From: Macrostomum lignano
Lineage: Eukaryota
Reading direction: 5' to 3'
Assembly (NCBI GenBank): GCA_002269645.1
Contig: NIVC01000572.1
Span: 413,309-477,308 of the forward strand
Length of the DNA stretch: 64,000 nt
Positions 24,135-36,032 of the stretch are shown one piece after another. The position numbers and the translations under genes are program-made. Under the pieces are notes generated by a model. The model did no database searches. It had not been told where the DNA came from and saw only the letters and a program-made list of their open reading frames with translations. How positions within the stretch are numbered: position 1 is the first letter of the stretch; every line of letters starts with the position of its first letter.

Positions 24135-27100
24135 TTACTGCGATGCGGCGTAGCCCGAATCGGACGAGCTGATGGCCTGGCCGCAGATGGCGGCGGCAGT
24201 TTCGGCCTCGTGTAGTAGCAGGTTGGAGTCCAAGGACTCGCCGCTGCCGCTGCCACCGGAGATGGTGAACCGCACCAGCGGCGGCGACGGTGAGTCCTTG
24301 GCGGCCCTGGACGGCTGGTCGGCCGCCGCCGGGCGCTTCTGGGCAGCAGAGCGGCGCGGCAGCGACTCGTCGCGGCTGTCCGAGTCTGTCGGGCCGCCAC
24401 CGAAGCCGCTGGAGCTGCTGGCACAGGAGGTGGCCGCATTGGCACTGATGCTGGGATCCGCGATCCAGGGATGGCGCAGCATCTCCCGGAGGCTGGGCCG
24501 CTTGCTGGGCTCTGTCTGCAGGCAGGCCAGGATCAGCTGGCGGCACTGCCGACTCAGACGGCGCTTGAACCGCGGCCCGCTGTGACAGATCTGGTCGTCG
24601 CGTTCGAACGGGATGTCGCCGCAGACCATGTCGAATAGCAGGATGCCCAGCGCCCAGACCTCGGCCGGCTTGCCGTGGTAGCGTCGCCAACGGATCCACT
24701 CAGGCGGGCTGTACACGCGGGTGCCTGCGAGCAAAGTGAGGCGAGTGAGTTGCCAGTTAAAAGGCAGCAATGGAAGAGGCAAGCAGGAGGCGCATCATGT
24801 GGTTTATCTGTCAATTCACAACTAGAGTGCCACCCCCCCCCCCAAGGCACAGGGTGTGTACATGCTGACCTCCTTGACCCCAGCACCGGATCTCACAATC
24901 GTCCCAAGCGCCCAGCAGATGATAGGATTGTCCAGTTCAGGTCATGACCCTAGTCTTCAGGAGAAAGCAGGGTAGGTGCGAAAGAACTGCCTGCCTGGCA
25001 GTCATGTGACCAAAATTTCGGATGGGCGGCCTCAGAGGCTTATTTCGCAATGCGGGTAGTTAGCTAAGAGAAAATTGGTCAATTTCTCGCACCTGATCAT
25101 TTTATAAACCAATTGGCCAAATGAATCTGAATTAATTGGGCCCATTACTGCCCCCTGCAACCCACCTGCAACTGCGCCCGCCCTCTCTGCGTTGTAAAAT
25201 AACACACATAGATCACAGCTTATTTTGGGGGTTGAAAAAAAGGCTTCTTTTGTGCGAAAATCGTATAGCCTTATAAACCCATTACCCATTTCTTTCTTCT
25301 ATCATCCATCATCTATTATCTATCATCTGTTATCTATTATCTATCATCTGTTATCTATTATCTATCATCTGTTATCTATTATCTATCATCTGTTATCTAT
25401 TATCTATCATCTGTTATCGATTATCTATCATCTGTTATCTATTATCTATTATCTATCATCTGTTATCTATTATCTATCATCTGTTATCGATTATCTATCA
25501 TCTGTTATCTATTATCTATCATCTGTTATCTATTATCTATCATCTGTTATCTATTATCTATCATCTGTTATCTATTATCTATCATCTGTTATCTATTATC
25601 TATCATCTGTTATCTATTATCTATCATCTGTTATCTATTATCTATCATCTGCTATCTATTATCTATCATCTGTTATCTATCATCCATCATCTATTATCTA
25701 TCATCTGTTATCTATTATCTATCATCTGTTATCTATTATCTATCATCTGTTATCTATTATCTATCATCTGTTATCTATTATCTATCATCTGTTATCTATC
25801 ATCCATCATCTGTTATCTATTATCTATCATCCATCATCTATTATCTATCATCTGTTATCTATTATCTATCATCTGTTATCTATTATCTATCATCTGTTAT
25901 CTATTATCAATCATCTGTTATCTATTATCTATCATCTGTTATCTATTATCTATCATCTGTTATCTATTATCTATCATCTGTTATCTATCATCCATCATCT
26001 ATTATCTATCATCTGTTATCTATTATCTATCATCTGTTATCTATTATCTATCATCTGTTATCTATTATCTATCATCTGTTATCTATTATCTATCATCTGT
26101 TATCTATTATCTATCATCCATCATCTATTATCTATCATCTGTTATCTATTATCTATCATCTGTTATCTATTATCTATCATCTGTTATCTATTATCTATCA
26201 TCTGTTATCTATCATCCATCATCTATTATCTATCATCTGTTATCTATTATCTATCATCTGTTATCTATTATCTATCATCTGTTATCTATTATCTATCATC
26301 TGTTATCTATTATCTATCATCTGTTATCTATTATCTATCATCTGTTATCGATTATCTATCATCTGTTATCTATTATCTATTATCTATCATCTGTTATCTA
26401 TTATCTATCATCTGTTATCGATTATCTATCATCTGTTATCTATTATCTATCATCTGTTATCTATTATCTATCATCTGTTATCTATTATCTATCATCTGTT
26501 ATCTATTATCTATCATCTGTTATCTATTATCTATCATCTGTTATCTATTATCTATCATCTGTTATCTATTATCTATCATCTGCTATCTATTATCTATCAT
26601 CTGTTATCTATCATCCATCATCTATTATCTATCATCTGTTATCTATTATCTATCATCTGTTATCTATTATCTATCATCTGTTATCTATTATCTATCATCT
26701 GTTATCTATTATCTATCATCTGTTATCTATTATCTATCATCTGTTATCTATCATCCATCATCTATTATCTATCATCTGTTATCTATTATCTATCATCTGT
26801 TATCTATTATCTATCATCTGTTATCTATTATCTATCATCTGTTATCTATTATCTATCATCTGTTATCTATTATCAACTAGTAAGACGATAAAAATCAATC
26901 ATCAGCGCCAAAAAATTGTGAGCGAGGTGAAACCTGCCTCTCACGAAAATTTTGCTTCAATTTCTCCAAGAAATGTATATAGTTTCCTGCCTTTCTATTT
27001 GAGTAGCCCTTGATCACAATATAAATGATGATAATTTGATAAACAAATTGCGCAGCGAGCCTCACCATCAAAATCGGTGTACTGCTCCTCCTTCAGAATG

Positions 27101-27918
27101 GCGCCGGAGCCGAAGTCGATGAGCTGCAGCCTGTTGTCAGCGAGGTCAACCAGCAGGTTCTCGTCCTTGATGTCCCTGTGCAGGACGCCGGCCTCGTGAC
27201 AGGCGAGCAGAGTTTCAATGAGTTGCTTAATGAAATTCCTGGCCTCGAATTCCGGCAGAAATCGCCTGCGCGAGATGAAGTCAAACAGGTCCATGCCTTT
27301 TTCGATTTTAGGCATCACGATGGCCCATTCGGTAGGGCCCTCGTGGAAACTGATGGGTCTGACTATGCCGCTGATGTGCCGGCACTTGTGCAGCAGCAGA
27401 AACTCCAACGGAATTCTGTGACCGTTCGGCTAAGATTTGGAAGGAAAAGAAAAAGGCATTAAATATAACCAAAACGATGTATTAAATATTGAAAATCAAA
27501 TCAATCAAGTTGAAAACAAACAGAAGAGACTCACCAGTTCATACCACGAGTGCACAGACATCTTCGCTTTGAGAATAAACTTGATGGCCACCCGAGTGCC
27601 GTCCGACCGCCTGATCGCCAGGAAGACACGGCCGAAGCCGCCGCTGCCCAGTTGCCGATCAATCTGGTATTCACGGTGCAGGGCGTCCAGCGGCTCGATT
27701 GGGACATCCTTGCTGCCCAGCGGGAAGTTATCACCTGGAATAGATTATGCAAGCTATTGGTTGTATAAAAATTTCACATTTAGAATTTCACGGGCGGGTC
27801 CATGCCAGCAAGACTTACTGCTCTTGAACATACGATTAGTAGAAGCAGTCTGCAAAAAATTCCTGTTGTCCGTGAAAATCTGCAGCGTATCGAATGTTGC
27901 AAAACGGCGCATTGTCAT
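24135..27918 (-). CDS. pim: Pim-family Ser/Thr kinase, paralogue B. Exons 27918-27819, 27734-27535, 27429-27066, 24724-24135
   Basis: All catalytic motifs present (GSGGFG, VAIK, E of alpha[16 protein letters not shown]). Phase-compatible GT-AG junctions. 200- and 364-nt exons equal those of paralogue A. Confidence 0.92.
25300..26875. repeat. 21-bp minisatellite (ATCTATT ATCTATC ATCTGTT)n, ~75 copies, in the last intron of Pim B
   Basis: Direct reading; produces the spurious 551-aa ORF. Confidence 0.96.
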
Positions 27919-28680
27919 AGTCAAAGTCAGCTTTACGGAATAAGACAAACTGTATTATTAGAAAGCTGGCCACGTGTCAAACAGGTTTATCTTCTTTCCA
28001 GTTTTGCAGTCAAGGAGTGCAGTTTGTGAACATTGTATATATAGTCCGTATAGTCTGATTTTAGTTTCCGATATTCTTGCACGAAAATCTGTATGAGAAT
28101 TATTTTCTTTATTTCCAGTTCAAAAAGCTGTTTGATATGAATTTTTAATTTAAACTGATTCTGGCTTCTGTTTTTTATAAGATCGCCTGTCTTCTTCAGC
28201 TATCGATTAATTGCTTGATTGATAGATCTACTTTGCTATATACTTCACTGAACATTGCTTTATAAACTGGAAATCCCCGTGACCAAATAATGCTATTTTT
28301 AGAACTAAGAGCAGAAAAACAAGGCAGAGAAGGGTAAGGCAGTACAGTGAAACTGGATGTCAGGAAAAGGTTAGTCCAGAAAGTTCCCCAATGACCAAAG
28401 TTTATTAATACCCCAAGCTTTTCATGTCCTTCTTTGAAAAGCGGTACTTTTTCAGCTCCATGTCGGGCGTCTTATGTGGCACAACTTTCGTCACAGGGAA
28501 CTGGCCTTGATGCAGTAGTAGAAAGTATATGAGATTCAGCTTTTTCATTACAGCATTGACGTTATTCAGTTACAGAAGTGCACGTGCCCTTTTGACTTTC
28601 TAGATGCACAATAGTGCAGTTACAGTAGAATAGAAGCTGTACGTTGCAACACAGATGGAGCTGGGCTTAAAAGGTTGAAG

Positions 28681-28695
28681 CCAATCGTGACGTCA
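28681..28695. promoter_or_regulatory. CCAAT next to a palindromic CRE (TGACGTCA), ~770 bp upstream of the Pim B start
   Basis: Motif match only. Confidence 0.2.
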
Positions 28696-29856
28696 AACTC
28701 GTGTTGCCCAGTTGCTTTACAAGCACCTCATTAGGCATTTTGCGACTGAGAGGTCTGGCGAGTGCAATTGTCCGGACTTCAAGTTGTGCATGGCGTATTC
28801 TGCCTGGCGCTTGTCCTTTCCTCTTTGCGACTGGCAAAGGGGGACACTCAGACAGGATTCAGACAGAACATGAGACAGGTGATTCTCAAAAAGCGATTGA
28901 GAGGTTTCGTTTCGCAGATTTCTTAGTTGCTGTTTCATTACAATTGCCTTTGTGCTAACCGGGTTTCATTGTCCTTTATAACAAAAACAAAAAGCACAAT
29001 CTAGCATTGAATTTTTTTTCGTTTAAGATTGAAAACAAATCAATGTTTATCAAGCAAGACAACATTATCTGCTTTATATGTTTTTTGTTACAGCAGAGCC
29101 AGTATAAGCATCTGAGAGATTTGCAAAACTATTGAAATATTAATGCTGTACGGGCACCTCTGTCACGCCTGTCAGAAGTGATCGAGTTTATTTAAGGTGT
29201 TTCCTGCGCTCTGATTACAGCCTGTTGTTATTGCTGCACACTGTAAATAATTAGACAGTCACGCAGTCTGACTGACGGAAATAACCAAGTTAATTATTAT
29301 CACTCTCTGTAAATAAACATAATGCACTCGTTAGCACTGAAAACCGTATGAATGCAGTGCAATATGCATTGCAGCTTGCAGGATCATATGCAAATAAGGT
29401 AAACGATTATGAAAATTGCATACATTGTGCTCAAGGGTTAATCCAAGACTCTTAATAAAAGACCGACAAGTAAATTATAATGCCATATCATATTTACGTA
29501 TATCCCCTAAAATGGTCATTAAGGCTATGACGCATGTCATCCACCCCATGTAAAATTCCATCAATATTTACGCTGCCACAACGCCCACGTAGACAGTGTA
29601 CTGACAGCAAGAGCCGAGGCGGAGTTGATCGTAAACAACTCGTCTGATGATGCACGATCGAGTAAGAATGAAGTGCTTTATATAAAAATAACTGCGTTGT
29701 TCCAGCTACTCTACTTAAATAAACTGTTCAGTAGTGCCAAAGAAATTCTATAATACAATTTATCATCAAAAGCACTACATTAAGATTTGCGACGTTCCAA
29801 GGAATTGTAGGGCGACTATCCAGTGATTTGGAGGGCGATTGTCCAGTGATTTGGAC

Positions 29857-30137
29857 GACGATTCTTCAAGGATTTGACACTAAATGGCGATTCTCCAAGG
29901 ATTTGACACTAAATGGCGATTCTTCAAGGATTTGACACTAAATGGCAATTCTTCAAGGATTTGACACTAAATGGCGATTCTTCAAGGATTTGACACTAAA
30001 TGGCGATTCTCCAAGGATTTGATCCTAAATGGCAATTCTCCAAGGATTTGACACTAAATGGCAATTCTCCAAGGATTTGACACTAAATGGCAATTCTCCA
30101 AGGATTTGACACTAAATGTCGATTCTTCAAGGATTTG
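29857..30137. repeat. 29-bp minisatellite (GGCGATTCTTCAAGGATTTGACACTAAAT)n, ~9-10 copies
   Basis: Direct reading; preceded by related ~23-bp units. Confidence 0.93.
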
Positions 30138-31508
30138 GAGGGCGATTTTTAAATCATTTGGAGAGCGATTCTCAGAGATTCTAAATGTTTGGAAGAGCGG
30201 GTCAGGAAGTGCCTATAGAGTGATTTCTGACGGGTTTAAGGAAAAGCAGTGCTGATAAAAATGAGCAAAACCGTGTGACAATGATTTCGCAAGCGACACA
30301 ATTTCTATAAAAAAGCGGCTTGATTGATGTTGGTGAACCTGTTTATTGCTACCAGAGTAGAAACTATTTTAACTGGAGCACTTTCATAACTAATATATTT
30401 AGCAATAACAGTAGTGTGCATAGCATACTCATCAGTTTCAGACGGATTACTGGAAACATACAAGCATGGGTCGGATAGCTGGAACAAAAAGCCAATTATT
30501 AGCTAAAATAAAATTTCATATTGGAAACTTGTCACATGATGATTATATTGTAGAGAATAACCGATAATGATTTTGGAAAGAATTTGGAAACAGAAAATTC
30601 CACACGCATCAGCACTAATCGCTGCAGGCATTACCAGAAATATTTCTGCACAAACTGTACCACGGTTGAGCCATCGCAACCAGAAATAACAGCAAAACAA
30701 TAAATAAAACCAATAACTAATAACAATGGTGGCATACTAAACAGTAGTATTGAAAGCATATGAAAATATTTATTTTTTATAAGCCGTTTGCAGGCAATTA
30801 AAAACGTGGATAAAAACGAAGTAGATTAAAAATTCACAATCGAGTTTGTTGTCATAATGAGCGGCTATTTGAAAAAAATAACTAACTGGAACATTTTCGC
30901 GAACCTATTGCTTGGTAGCGGGATAATTGAATTTTAATACAACTATTTTGTACTTAAAAGTTCATTTTTAGCAGCAATGAGCAGCTATGCTACTAACGTT
31001 AGTAAGTCGGAGGACAGAACTGAATGAAGTTATTCAGGCACCGGTTCTGGGCACCGCTTATTATCGCTATCTCATGCAGTTAATCATTATGTTCTAATAA
31101 AACAGACACAGTTAGTTCCTGGCATGTTTGGTCAGTTTGCTTACAATTATTGTATATTGATCACTGATTAGAATTCAAAGTTCAGCGCTAGGGAAAAGGC
31201 ATGCAGATAGGAGGGGGGACACATAAATAATAGCAATATTATTAGATTGGTTGATGAATAAAAAAGCAGGCAACAGGCAACTCCCAGTTGGTTTGCTGTT
31301 TAGTTTCTGGCTTAACCGAAGAACAATAAAAACAATAAAAATAAATAGATGTAAAGATATTTATATATAGAAATATATATAGTTTGTATGTAAGCGACAG
31401 AGTTCCAATTTCAAACCTAAAAATTCAATAAAACACTCGATATGATGGTAAGAACTTGTCAATCATGGCGTTCAAATTAGATTAAAATATATTAAAAAAC
31501 TGAATTCA

Positions 31509-31910
31509 TCAATAGCCGGCATTGGCCAGCGCCTCCTTGACTTTGGCCACGGCGAAGTTGACCTTCTGGCTACCGGCGGTCTCCGGGGCGGAGCCGTCCG
31601 CCGGGTCGATGTAGCCGCCAATCACCACGCACTGGCTGGACTTCATGGCGCTCAGGCTGCTCTGCCCGCTGCGCCCGTCGATCTCGCCGTCAATCAGCCG
31701 GATGGTCATGAAGCGGAGGCCCTGAAAGTTGAAGCCGGTGAATTCGCCAGCGCTGCTCTTGCCGAGGCCGGCGATCAGCGCGGTGACCTCCGCCGGGTTG
31801 GGATTGCAGGAGGGCGACTTGGCCCACACGCTGCCGTCCACGCCGTAGATGGCGGCAATGTTGACGCCGGGATAGGCCAACATGTTATCAACCCAGGACT
31901 GCCAGGACAT
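31509..31910 (-). CDS. pfn: Profilin (133 aa, no CDS intron)
   Basis: MSWQSWVD...AAIYGVDGSVWAKS...G.RFMTIR...CVVIG...LANAGY is the profilin fold signature. Splice acceptor upstream at ~31987. Confidence 0.9.
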   Translation of the reverse strand: MSWQSWVDNMLAYPGVNIAAIYGVDGSVWAKSPSCNPNPAEVTALIAGLGKSSAGEFTGFNFQGLRFMTIRLIDGEIDGRSGQSSLSAMKSSQCVVIGGYIDPADGSAPETAGSQKVNFAVAKVKEALANAGY

Positions 31911-32989
31911 GCTTGCGTGTGTATTCGGGTGTGAGTTGCTAAACGAGTAACTGAGCTCAACGGCTGCCGGAATCCGGTGAAATTGGCTGTAAAAATACAA
32001 GCAAAAAGCTGAGTGCTATTAGATATATGTGTAATATAAAATAATAAAAGGAGCTCTGCTACACATAAAAAGGCAGCATAAGAGAGAGATAAGCCCCCGT
32101 GGGCTTCAGGAGGGAGGGAGGGGTGAGGGTTCCTAGGGCACTGCACTGTGCGCACACCTGGAGAGACATTTACCGCGCCGGCGGTGACTATAAGAGCAGC
32201 ATGCAGATGACATAAACTCTTAACAGTCACACAGGGCGGTGGGCTGGGGAGGTTAGAGACAGGTGAGACAGAGACCTAGTCACGGTGCGCTGGACCGCAC
32301 GGCTCTCTATACTGCAGCTTCGCAGATTCTAAAAATGAGTGACCGACTGACTGAGCCCGAACAAATGCTCAAACGGGCTGGCCCAAATGCAAGACAAGGA
32401 GACGTCAGTCGGTATATCGGATAGCCATTAGCCAAATAGATCAAGACTACTAGCTTAGAGCTGCACCAATGAGGGAGCGAGTGCAAGTGCAAGGTGAAAC
32501 TTAACCAGCGCAGGTTGGGGGGGGGGAGCCAGCCAGAGACAGGCCTAAATGCCTAATTACTAGTTAGAAAGTAAGATTTTATACAGGCACAGGTGTGTAA
32601 TTAGCATATATTGAAAAGCGGTATGCATTGCACCAGTTTGTATATTTTCATTTGACTAAAACAGACAGTTAAATACTTTCTGCTCGCAATAAGCAGTGTT
32701 ATTATGCAGTTAGAACAGCAGCTGTATACACTACATACAGTACATAGCTAGCCTGTGTACAGCAGATACAGTGGGACAACTTTTGCTTCAAAAATCATGC
32801 AGCCAGCAATAGAATTAATCACTGGGACAACAAAGCACTAGTATTGAAACATTGAGATTCCAATATGATTTTCAGTTTTAAATAAACTGGTAAACAGCTG
32901 CACTCGCAGCACGCAAAATGCGCGCCAGAAAGGAGAAAATTACATGTGACACCTTGTGCAAAGCTGATCACACAGCCTCTGATCTTACT

Positions 32990-33950
32990 CACACAGCATT
33001 CACTTAGCCCCCTGATTTTAAATACACAGCATTCACACAGCCCCCGATTACTGAGACAGCATTCATACAGCCCCTGGTTTTAATAACACAGTCCTGATTT
33101 TATATATACAGCATTCACACAGCCCCCTGATTGCTAAGACAGCATTCACACAGCCCCCGATTGCTAAGACAGCATTCACACAGCCCCCAATTGCTAAGAC
33201 AGCATTCACACATCCCTTGATCTTACTCACACAGCATTCACTTAGCCCCCTGATTTTAAATACACAGCATTCACACAGCCCCCAATTGCTAAGACAGCAT
33301 TCACACAGCCCCCAATTGCTAAGACAGCATTCACACAGCCCCCAATTGCTAAGACAGCATTCACACAGCCCCCAATTGCTAAGACAGCATTCACACAGCC
33401 CCTAGTTTTAATAACAGCATTCACAAAGTCCCTGATTTTACTTACACAACATTCACAGCCTCTAATCTTACTCACACAGCATTCACTTAGCCCCCTGATT
33501 TTAAATACACAGCATTCACACAGCCCATAATTGCTAAGACAGCATTCACACAGCCCCCAATTGCTAAGACAGCATTCACACAGCCCCCAATTGCTAAGAC
33601 AGCATTCACACAGCCCCCAATTGCTAAGACAGCATTCACACAGCCCCCAATTGCTAAGACAGCATTCACACAGCCCCCAATTGCTAAGACAGCATTCACA
33701 CAGCCCCCAATTGCTAAGACAGCATTCACACAGCCCCCAATTGCTAAGACAGCATTCACACAGCCCCCAATTGCTAAGACAGCATTCACACAGCCCCCAA
33801 TTGCTAAGACAGCATTCACACAGCCCCTAGTTTTAATAACAGCATTCACATAGCCCCTGATTTTAAATACACAGCATTCACACAGCCCCTGATTTTACTA
33901 ACACAGCCCCCGATTGCTAAGACAAAGACAGCATTCACACAGCCCTAATT
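32990..33950. repeat. 30-bp minisatellite (ACAGCATTCACACAGCCCCCAATTGCTAAG)n
   Basis: Direct reading; homogeneous core at 33531-33830, degenerate edges. Confidence 0.95.
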
Positions 33951-34018
33951 ATGCTTTCACTAGGCTCCGAATTGCCGATTCTGCTGTATTCAAAGTGCAC
34001 GACAAGCCAACTAATAAA

Positions 34019-34370
34019 CCTGGTCAGACCAATCCTGGTCAGACCAATCCTGGTCAGACCAATCCTGGTCAGACCAATCCTGGTCAGACCAATCCTGGTC
34101 AGACCAATCCTGGTCAGACCAATCCTGGTCAGACCAATCCTGGTCAGACCAATCCTGGTCAGACCAATCCTGGTCAGACCAATCCTGGTCAGACCAATCC
34201 TGGTCAGACCAATCCTGGTCAGACCAATCCTGGTCAGACCAATCCTGGTCAGACCAATCCTGGTCAGACCAATCCTGGTCAGACCAATCCTGGTCAGACC
34301 AATCCTGGTCAGACCAATCCTGGTCAGACCAATCCTGGTCAGACCAATCCTGGTCAGACCAATCCTGGTC
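34019..34370. repeat. 15-bp perfect tandem repeat (CCTGGTCAGACCAAT)x23.5
   Basis: Direct reading. Confidence 0.98.
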
Positions 34371-34713
34371 CTTGTAACTTTGGAACACAAACCGCAAGCA
34401 AAAAGCGCTATATAGTAATGTTGCAAGTTTGTGTAAAATTGATTACTGATTGTGTAGAGCAAATATTTCGATATTACAACAGCAAAGCGAAATAACAAAT
34501 ACAATTAAAAAATCAGCACAAAAATACTGAACAACGAATGCCATTGACGGAACCAGGTGCGAAATACTTTGCGACACGCCAAATGACGCAATTAGCAGCA
34601 ATAAAAGTGGTAGATTGCACTGACAACAGCCGAAATCAGGTAAGTAGATTAGGAGAATTCTCTTCTCAGCTCTTATCTCTTGTTTTATCCTCTCTCGCCT
34701 CCGCAATTCTCTT

Positions 34714-36032
34714 TCAGAAGCCATTCTCTCGCAGGTAGAGCCTGACATTCATAACAGTCTGGTGCACTTTTTCACTCCGATTGGGCTGCTGTTGGCATTG
34801 CTGAAGACTGTTCGACTGCTTGTGCTGGGCCGGCGGCGCAGTCAGGGGAGTTTCAGCTGGGGCAACATAAGCTCCCACAACAACACAGTTGAGCGTCAGG
34901 GCAACTGAGGCCACGTCCTGGCTAAACTTGTCTGGGTATGCGCAGTTGGAATTTGACAAGGAATCTGTTGACTGCCGATATGTATAGATATTAGAATTGC
35001 TTGATACTGAAGTGATCTTAATTTAAGCAAGTTATGCCCAATGTTATTTTTTAGTCTAACGCGAACTTCAGAAGGTTTTTCTATCAGGAGAGTACAGCAC
35101 ATGCTTGTTCGGCAGTAAAGATCCCATTGTGTGAAGGCGAAGCGAACACCAGTGAAATGCGTTATAGAAATCATATATACACTAGCGTTCGGTGAGAATG
35201 AAGCCGCTCGGCTCTCCGCCTCCTTAACTGCTCCAATAGCTGACTCTAATAACCCGATCTAACAGAGAGATGAATCTGGACACACGTAAACTCTGCAACA
35301 GTATCGATAAGTAGCATGTGGCTCTCATTTCCACTGAATTGTTTAATAAATTTGCGTGATCAATATCCTATCAGAAATTGCAACAATCACGAACTACGCT
35401 CGTAGAAAAAAATAAACATCTCTGTTAAGGTTAGAGATCAAGAGACACCTACCGAACCTTCGACTTATTTAATTAAGAAGCATCTATAGGCGATTGGTAC
35501 CATCGTCAAAGAGAGAGGAGGGAAACTCAAAAAACATTTGAATACTTGACTACTCTTAACCCATTGCGAATTGCACTTTTAATCTTATAGTTGACTTTGC
35601 AGGGCCTCGGGTGCTGGAGACAGCAACGTCAGGGAATCGAACCCAGGCGCTAAATAGCGTAAATCAGCCGCCCTAACCAATAAGCTACTCTGTCCTCTGT
35701 CTCTGTTGCACTTCTCAAGAAGCTGGAATTCATAAATCATGATCAGTTCCAATTCTGCAAGTTGCATTTGTGCTTTTCCACACCCGGCTCACTCACTCAC
35801 CATCAATGCAGCCTTCCAGACGGCGCAGCGTCAGGTACCGCCTGCCAGCCAGAGTGAAGGAGGCCGGCGAGGCCGATTCGCCTTCGCAGTAATTCACTAA
35901 ATTGAGAATCTCCTGCTGCGTCGGCTGAAAGTCGGGCGTCGCCGACCAGATTAGGCCGTCGCGGCCAGCCAGAGCCGCCCGATTGATGCAGTCGGACTGC
36001 AACATACTGTGCAGGATGCTGTCCCAGGACAT
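34714..36032 (-). CDS. pfn: Divergent profilin (149 aa). Exons 36032-35801 and 34931-34714
   Basis: MSWDS...AALAGRDGLIWSAT...FTLAGRRYLTLR. Phase-1 gtgagt...cccag intron. Exon 2 aligns gap-free with profilin 1 up to CVVVG and ends YLRENGF. Confidence 0.85.
35625..35695 (-). mobile_element. tRNA-derived SINE head or tRNA pseudogene in the profilin-2 intron
   Basis: A box TAGCTTATTGGTTAGGGCG and B box GGGTTCGATTCCC; no clean cloverleaf. Confidence 0.55.

Noticed and set aside
25225-26880. 551-aa hydrophobic ORF (LLSIIYH)n
   Set aside because: Product of the 21-bp repeat, antisense within a Pim intron.
29241-29250. CACTGTAA as a second CACTA terminus
   Set aside because: No subterminal GGACC/GGTCC repeats and no matching partner end.
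33217-34504. ORFs (QHSHSPQLLR)n, (QTNPG)n, (DQDWS)n, (RIGLT)n
   Set aside because: Translations of the 30-bp and 15-bp arrays.
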